Of a stretch of DNA of 64,000 nt, positions 58,432 to 64,000 are shown piece after piece; position 1 is the stretch's first letter; each line of letters starts with the position of its first letter. Made by a program: the position numbers and the translations under genes. The DNA lies in assembly GCA_034111325.1 (NCBI GenBank), contig JAWUXM010000013.1, forward strand, positions 1,687 to 65,686. The letters are read 5' to 3'. The notes beneath the pieces are model-generated. The model saw nothing but the letters and a program-made list of their open reading frames with translations. It was not told where the DNA came from and searched no databases. This stretch comes from Rickettsiales bacterium (lineage in GTDB: Bacteria; Pseudomonadota; Alphaproteobacteria; Rickettsiales; JABIRX01).

Positions 58432-59595
58432 ATGCTGGTCAAATCATATTTTGGAAAAGATTGTAAAGAATATAAGGTTGGCGATGTAGTTCGTCTTGCG
58501 CAAGATAAACCTTTGAAGCTTTCTTCGGGCTTTGAAATAAGCAACTTCCCCGTTGCATACCAAACATATGGCAAGCTAAATGCAAAAAAATCAAATGCTA
58601 TATTGATCTGTCATGCCCTTACTGGAGATCAATATGTTGCCGGCAAACACCCAGTCACTGGGAAGGAAGGCTGGTGGTGCGATGTCGTTGGAGCAAATAA
58701 AATCATTGATACTAATAAATTTTTTGTTATTTGCCCAAATGTTATAGGCAGCTGCATGGGCTCTTTTGGGCCAAAGGAAATAAGCCCCAAAAATGGCAAA
58801 CCATATAATCTTGACTTCCCACTTATTACCATAAGCGACATGGTCAAAGCACAATATTTACTTGTCACCCAGCATCTCAAGATTAAGAAACTCTTTGCTG
58901 TAGTTGGTGGCTCTATGGGCGGCATGCAGGCTCTTGAATGGGCATCGAAATATCCAGAAGCTTTGGCATGCGTCATCCCTATTGCAACTGCCGCACACCA
59001 TACCGCACAAAATATCGCTTTTCATGAGGTTGGCAGACAAGCAATTATGGCAGATTCTAATTGGCATGAAGGTAACTATTTAAATAAAAAAACTTTTCCA
59101 ACGAAGGGATTGTCCATTGCAAGAATGACAGCACATATCACCTATTTATCAGAAGACTCACTGAGCAATAAATTTGGCCGTAACCTACAAGACAAAATGA
59201 ATTTATCTTATAATTTCGAAGCAGATTTTCAGGTCGAAAGTTATTTGCGTCACCAAGGTGTTAAGTTTGTCGACCGCTTTGATGCAAATTCTTATCTCTA
59301 CATCACCAAAGCAATGGATTATTTTGACTTAGAAAAAGAACATGGCAGCTTGAGTGATGCGTTTAAGAATAGCCTAAATGTAAGATTCTGCCTTGTTGCT
59401 TTTTCTGATGATTGGTTATTTCCACCAAGTGAAGCAAAAAAAGTCATGCAGGCGTTAAATGCTGTTGGGATTAATGTAAGCTTCATCAACATCGAAAGCA
59501 ACAAAGGTCATGACAGTTTCCTCCTTGATATTCCGGCCTTTCACTCTACCATTACCAACTTCTTACAAGGCATTGCTATACAAGAAGGTTTATAA
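58432..59595 (+). CDS. metX: Homoserine O-acetyltransferase
   Basis: NAILICHALTGD, the nucleophile elbow GGSMGGMQ, and C-terminal GHDSFL. Confidence 0.93.
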   Translation: MLVKSYFGKDCKEYKVGDVVRLAQDKPLKLSSGFEISNFPVAYQTYGKLNAKKSNAILICHALTGDQYVAGKHPVTGKEGWWCDVVGANKIIDTNKFFVICPNVIGSCMGSFGPKEISPKNGKPYNLDFPLITISDMVKAQYLLVTQHLKIKKLFAVVGGSMGGMQALEWASKYPEALACVIPIATAAHHTAQNIAFHEVGRQAIMADSNWHEGNYLNKKTFPTKGLSIARMTAHITYLSEDSLSNKFGRNLQDKMNLSYNFEADFQVESYLRHQGVKFVDRFDANSYLYITKAMDYFDLEKEHGSLSDAFKNSLNVRFCLVAFSDDWLFPPSEAKKVMQALNAVGINVSFINIESNKGHDSFLLDIPAFHSTITNFLQGIAIQEGL

Positions 59596-60306
59596 ATGAA
59601 CAAAATAAAAAATACTACCCTCAGGCCAGACTTGCAAGCCATCGTATCCCTAGTTAGAGAAGGCTCTAATGTTATTGATATTGGTTGTGGTGATGGAACA
59701 TTACTAGAATTTCTACGCGACGAAAAGAATGTCAAAGGTCGCGGTATAGAAATTGACCCAAAAAATGTCAATATTGCTGTTAGCAAAGGTATAGCTGCTG
59801 TACATGGCGACGCTGATAATGACCTAAAAAATTATCCAACTAATGCTGTTGACTATGCCATCCTTAGCCAAACTATACAGGCTACAAAATCACCAAAAAC
59901 AGTCTTACGTGAAATGATGCGTGTTGCCAAATATGGTATTGTATCGATACCAAATTTTGGCTATTGGAAGAATCGCTTATATCTCGCCACAAAAGGTAAA
60001 ATGCCTGTTACAAAAACGCTGGATTATACATGGCACGAAACTCCCAATATACATTTTTGTACAATTAAAGACTTTGTAATTTTATGCGATGAATTAGGTT
60101 TTAAGATTGACAGACAGTGCTATACGAGCACAACTGTTAATGCTGCCTATAAATTAAATTCGATAGGATTTGCTAACTTATTTGCTGAATTTGGGGTTTT
60201 CCTAATTAGTAAAGGGATAGAAATTCCTCGCAATCAGAAAGCTACAAAAAACAATAGTTCTGAAATGGCAAATGCCGTATTTGCCAAAGATTTAGTGGAG
60301 AATTAA
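59596..60306 (+). CDS. metW: Methionine biosynthesis protein MetW
   Basis: SAM-MTase-like DIGCGDG, LSQTIQAT and the IPNFG motif. Immediately follows metX. Confidence 0.9.
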   Translation: MNKIKNTTLRPDLQAIVSLVREGSNVIDIGCGDGTLLEFLRDEKNVKGRGIEIDPKNVNIAVSKGIAAVHGDADNDLKNYPTNAVDYAILSQTIQATKSPKTVLREMMRVAKYGIVSIPNFGYWKNRLYLATKGKMPVTKTLDYTWHETPNIHFCTIKDFVILCDELGFKIDRQCYTSTTVNAAYKLNSIGFANLFAEFGVFLISKGIEIPRNQKATKNNSSEMANAVFAKDLVEN

Positions 60307-60320
60307 AGGTAAAGGAAAGA

Positions 60321-60902
60321 CTATTCAGCAGTAGGAGCTTCAGCGACTTCTTTTTGTGCACCTTCAGCAGGCGCTTCTTCAGCAGATCCAGCTATATAAT
60401 CAGCGACTTCTTCAGCAGGAGCTAGCACTTTAATTTCTAGCTTTTTAGCTTCTTCAGTAGTGCGTGCAATTCTAAATGTTATTTCTGCTATAATCTCTGC
60501 ATGCAATCTCACTTTGATATTGAAAATGCCAACTTCTCTAATTGGTGCAGAAAGTATTACGCTACTCTTCTTAATTGTTGTATTGCTGAGCTCTTCAACT
60601 GCAATAGCAATATCACGAGGCATAACAGAACCATATAATTTACCTTCATCACTCGCTTGCCTGATTAGGATAATAGTTTTGCCATTAAGTTTTTTTAAAA
60701 TTGTCTCTGCTTCAGCTTTTTTAGTATCATTAGCAGCTTCAATATTTTTACGTTCCCTTTCAAAATATTCTTTATTTGCTTCAGTTGCTCTTAATACTTT
60801 ACCCTGTGGCAAAAGGAAATTACGTGCATAACCACCCTTTACATTGGCAATCGTACCTATTGCTCCTAACTTTTCTACTTGCTCTAATAATATAACTTCC
60901 AT
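60321..60902 (-). CDS. rplI: 50S ribosomal protein L9 (with Ala/Glu-rich C-terminal tail)
   Basis: MEVILLEQVEKLG..G....VK.GYARNFLLPQGKV is L9-like. The ATG at 60902 is preferred to the longer tracked ORF. Confidence 0.9.
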   Translation of the reverse strand: MEVILLEQVEKLGAIGTIANVKGGYARNFLLPQGKVLRATEANKEYFERERKNIEAANDTKKAEAETILKKLNGKTIILIRQASDEGKLYGSVMPRDIAIAVEELSNTTIKKSSVILSAPIREVGIFNIKVRLHAEIIAEITFRIARTTEEAKKLEIKVLAPAEEVADYIAGSAEEAPAEGAQKEVAEAPTAE

Positions 60903-60915
60903 GTCAAAAAAACTT

Positions 60916-61239
60916 TTATATTGATCCTTCAATTGGCAATAATGCCAAACTTCTTGCTTGCCTAATCGCTCTAGCTAATAATCTTTGTTTTTTACTAGAT
61001 ACACCAGTAATGCGGCTTGGCATGATTTTACCTCTTTCTGAGATAAATTGTTTAATTAACCTAACATTCTTATAGTTTAACAAAACTTCAGGAACACCTT
61101 CAAGCGGACAAGCTCTTTTGCCAGATGAAGTAGTGTTCTTACGCATGTATAACATAGAAGCTGCGTTTTGAATCTGCGGTATAAGACCGTTGTCAGCTTC
61201 AAAGTGGTTATCACGATTGTAATTATTATTTCTAGTCAT
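60916..61239 (-). CDS. rpsR: 30S ribosomal protein S18
   Basis: The core YKNVRLIKQFISERGKIMPSRITGVSSKKQRLLARAIRQARSLALLP is S18. The N-terminal extent is uncertain. Confidence 0.9.
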   Translation of the reverse strand: MTRNNNYNRDNHFEADNGLIPQIQNAASMLYMRKNTTSSGKRACPLEGVPEVLLNYKNVRLIKQFISERGKIMPSRITGVSSKKQRLLARAIRQARSLALLPIEGSI

Positions 61240-61248
61240 TTTCTATAA

Positions 61249-61620
61249 TTAAGCGTTAGCAGATTCTCTTTTTGTAGGCTCCCTTGTAACTTTTGGCTCA
61301 TCTTGAGGCATAATAGCTGAAGGCTCTTTAGAAATGGCTGATACCTTTATTGGCACAAAACGTAAAAGGTCTTCCCTGATATTTGCTTTTTTAATAAGGT
61401 CATTCATTACTTCACCAGAACATTCAAGCCCTAGCATCACGTAATGAGCCTTTTTTGCTTTTGCAATTGGATAAGCAAGACTGCGCAGACCCCAATATTC
61501 GTTTTTGATTAGCTTACCGTTGTTTTTCTCAACATATTGAGCAAAACCATCAACTATATCATTTACATTTTTGACAGTAAGATCCTGTCCAATAATAAAA
61601 ACCGCTTCGTAACAAGACAT
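61249..61620 (-). CDS. rpsF: 30S ribosomal protein S6
   Basis: YEAVFII...W G.R.LAYPI.K...A.Y pattern. The ATG at 61620 is preferred. rpsF-rpsR-rplI order. Confidence 0.9.
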   Translation of the reverse strand: MSCYEAVFIIGQDLTVKNVNDIVDGFAQYVEKNNGKLIKNEYWGLRSLAYPIAKAKKAHYVMLGLECSGEVMNDLIKKANIREDLLRFVPIKVSAISKEPSAIMPQDEPKVTREPTKRESANA

Positions 61621-61782
61621 ATTATTTCTATTTAAACAAATTAAGAGGCTGTTTTCTATATCGTTTGACGCAAGTGTCAAGCGAAAGATGGGCTATCTAA
61701 CATATAACATTTATCATTTAACATTTAAAACCACCTCAAAGTAAAAAAAGCTTCTACTCCTTGAGGGTAAATCTGAGAGATT

Positions 61783-62925
61783 CTACTTGAATATATCTTT
61801 GAACTTGCTGAAAAAACTATCCGTCTCTGGCGTAGCATTTGGATTATTCTCTAACTCACTATCAAGATCCTGTAATAGTTGCTTTTCTTTACTTGTAAGC
61901 TTTACGGGGATCTCCACAACAACCTGAACAAACATGTCGCCTTTGAGGCGTGAATTAACAACTGGCATCCCGTGCTCACGCAAACGGAACTTTGCTTCAC
62001 TTTGAGTTCCAGCGGGGATTTTTAGCTCAACTTTTTTACCTGAAATAGTTGGCATGTCGACTTTGCCGCCAAGGGCTGCAGTCGTAAATTTAATTGGCAC
62101 TTTGCAATGAATTGCATTACCTTCACGCCTAAAGAATTTGTGATATTGTATTGCCACAAATATGTATAAATCACCATCATTACCGCCTCGAACACCTGCT
62201 TCACCTTGTCCTTCTAACCTAATCTTTGAGCCATCTTCTACACCTGCGGGGATTTTAATCTGCAAAGTTTTTTTCTTATTTATACGACCAGAACCACTAC
62301 ATCCCTTACACTTATCTTTGACAATTTCTCCTGTGCCGTCGCAATTATGACATGTTTTCTCTACAATAAAAAACCCTTGTTGCGCACGTACTTTTCCATG
62401 CCCTGCACAAACATTACAACTGATAGGCTTAGAGCCATCTGCTGATCCCGAACCCTTGCATTTGTCACAACTTTGCGCTACTGAGAATGTGATAGATTGC
62501 TCTTTACCTGCATATGCATCTTCTAGGGAAATATCTAAATTATAACGTAAATCCATTCCTCTAGTGCTAGTCTGCCTTGCGCTTGCGCCACCGCCAGCTC
62601 TCTCACCAAAGAATTCACTAAATATATCACTAAAGTTGCTACTTGAAAAACCACCATCATCAAACCCTTCAAACCCTTGACTGCCCCCGCCACGATTACC
62701 ACCGCCCGATGTAGAGCCATAAGTATCATATTGCTGTTTTTTGCCTGGATCCTTTAAAACTTCATAAGCCCTGCTTATTTCTTTGAATTTTGTTTCAGCC
62801 TGCTTATCACCTGAGTTGCGATCAGGGTGATATTGCATAGCAAGTTTGCGATATGCTTTTTTAATCTCCGCCTCGCTTGCACCTTTTTGCAGTCCTAGAG
62901 TTTTATATAGATCTTTATCAGCCAT
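61783..62925 (-). CDS. dnaJ: Chaperone DnaJ
   Basis: J domain with HPD (YHPDRN), a G/F region and four CxxCxGxG zinc repeats. Confidence 0.96.
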   Translation of the reverse strand: MADKDLYKTLGLQKGASEAEIKKAYRKLAMQYHPDRNSGDKQAETKFKEISRAYEVLKDPGKKQQYDTYGSTSGGGNRGGGSQGFEGFDDGGFSSSNFSDIFSEFFGERAGGGASARQTSTRGMDLRYNLDISLEDAYAGKEQSITFSVAQSCDKCKGSGSADGSKPISCNVCAGHGKVRAQQGFFIVEKTCHNCDGTGEIVKDKCKGCSGSGRINKKKTLQIKIPAGVEDGSKIRLEGQGEAGVRGGNDGDLYIFVAIQYHKFFRREGNAIHCKVPIKFTTAALGGKVDMPTISGKKVELKIPAGTQSEAKFRLREHGMPVVNSRLKGDMFVQVVVEIPVKLTSKEKQLLQDLDSELENNPNATPETDSFFSKFKDIFK

Positions 62926-63034
62926 TTATTTATTACGAATGTTATATGAAATTCTTATAGGCTCCTTATATACAAAAATCTAGAGTAGTGGCTACTCTAG
63001 ATTTTCATACTACACCAATAACAGAGCAAGACTC

Positions 63035-64000
63035 TTAGCTAGCTTTGCTATCTTCATCCTTGTCAAGATCAGATGCTTCATCCTTTTTTGCAGCATCTTT
63101 ATCTTTAGCTTCAGCGTCAGAAGGCTCTTCTCCTTCCTTAACCTCTTCATATTCTGCATCAACAGCGTCTTCATCTTTATTCTCAGACTCAGCTGAACCA
63201 GAAGGCTCACCACCCTGCTCTGCAGCTTGCGAATAAATCGCCTCACCCATTTTCATGGAGGCGGCTGATAATGCTTCAGTTTTTTGCTTAATAGCTTCAG
63301 AATTTTCATTCTTTAGCTCCTCCTTCAAAGCAGAAATTTGCTCTTCTATAGATTTTTTATCATCCTCAGGAACCTTATCTGCATGTTCTTTAAGAGACTT
63401 TTCTACTGAGTATATCAAAGTGTCAGCTGCATTTTTTGCCTCAATTAGCTCACGCTTTTCTTTATCCTTACCAGCATTGGCTTCTGCATCTTTGACCATT
63501 TGCTCAATTTCTGCATCGCTTAACCCACCAGAAGCTTGGATAGATATTTTTTGTTCCTTACCAGTAGCTTTATCTTTTGCTCCAACGTTAACTATACCGT
63601 TCGCATCAATGTCAAAAGACACTTCAATTTGCGGTAAGCCACGTGGTGCTGGCGCAATTCCCTCCAAGTTAAATTGACCCAGTGATTTATTATCATTAGC
63701 CAATTCTCTTTCACCTTGAAAAACTCTGATCGTAACAGCGTTTTGATTATCTTCCGCAGTAGAGAAGGTCTGACTTTTAGTAGTTGGGATAGTAGTGTTT
63801 TTCTCGATGATTTTAGTCATCACACCGCCCATAGTTTCAATACCTAAAGAAAGTGGAGTCACGTCCAACAACAGAAGATCCGTCACATCGCCTTGCAACA
63901 CACCACCTTGAATCGCTGCACCAAGAGCAACAACTTCATCAGGATTTACACCTTTATGTGGTTCTTTGCCGAAGAATTCTTTAACTTTTTCCTGAACTTT
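63035..64000 (-). CDS. dnaK: Chaperone DnaK (3' portion; gene continues beyond the window end)
   Basis: The frame is open to position 64000 (…[38 protein letters not shown]…). Substrate-binding domain, lid and an acidic tail are present. Confidence 0.96.
   Translation of the reverse strand, partial: KVQEKVKEFFGKEPHKGVNPDEVVALGAAIQGGVLQGDVTDLLLLDVTPLSLGIETMGGVMTKIIEKNTTIPTTKSQTFSTAEDNQNAVTIRVFQGERELANDNKSLGQFNLEGIAPAPRGLPQIEVSFDIDANGIVNVGAKDKATGKEQKISIQASGGLSDAEIEQMVKDAEANAGKDKEKRELIEAKNAADTLIYSVEKSLKEHADKVPEDDKKSIEEQISALKEELKNENSEAIKQKTEALSAASMKMGEAIYSQAAEQGGEPSGSAESENKDEDAVDAEYEEVKEGEEPSDAEAKDKDAAKKDEASDLDKDEDSKAS

Noticed and set aside
62535-62729. Gly-rich frame ORFs over the dnaJ G/F region, and the 78-aa ORF 63010-63246 overlapping the dnaK tail.
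   Set aside because: These are alternative-frame artefacts of low-complexity coding sequence in strongly supported chaperone genes.
1-64000. Searched intergenic regions for tRNA, rRNA, tmRNA, integrase or transposase genes that would mark mobile islands.
   Set aside because: No cloverleaf-like sequence with GTTCRANYC T-loop context, no rRNA-like conserved blocks, and no DDE or tyrosine-recombinase-like ORFs were seen. The accessory islets therefore lack obvious mobility genes in this window.

Overview
This is an AT-rich chromosomal segment (judged by eye, not computed). Gene content and order fit an alphaproteobacterium, probably a Rickettsiales/Holosporales-like intracellular lineage. That placement is an inference from several cues: divergent uvrA/ssb, pal-cpoB-tilS, dnaG-rpoD, rpsF-rpsR-rplI, dnaK-dnaJ, metXW, a long Rickettsia-type icd, a Rickettsia-like putative dioxygenase, orphan virB8/virB9-like genes, and many palindromic intergenic repeats.

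About 60 protein genes are supportable. Most are housekeeping: DNA repair and replication, arginine/purine/methionine/aromatic/phospholipid biosynthesis, LPS core, TRAP-TAXI transport, ribosomal proteins and chaperones. I recognised no rRNA, tRNA, CRISPR array, transposase or integrase.

Non-core content:
1. An AT-rich islet at about 44.08-46.0 kb carries a 48-codon stub of a C5 DNA methyltransferase followed by two intact, translationally coupled nuclease-like genes (HNH_2-type and PD-(D/E)xK-like). This is the best candidate for an unusual restriction or defence module.
2. Two Fic-fold genes lie a few kb apart. One is canonical; the other has a dead Fic motif fused to a MerR-type HTH. Next to them are a signal-peptide-bearing minimal ATP-dependent DNA ligase (Lig E type) and an unlisted YegP-like mini-gene.
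3. A ParD antitoxin is paired with a truncated ParE.
4. An isolated FKBP-like/VirB8-like/VirB9-like operon sits between icd and recJ.

Three families of short palindromic repeats fill most long intergenic regions. The ~125-bp family always abuts the stop codon of the upstream gene, in one fixed polarity. All product calls come from motif recognition by eye; no database search was possible.
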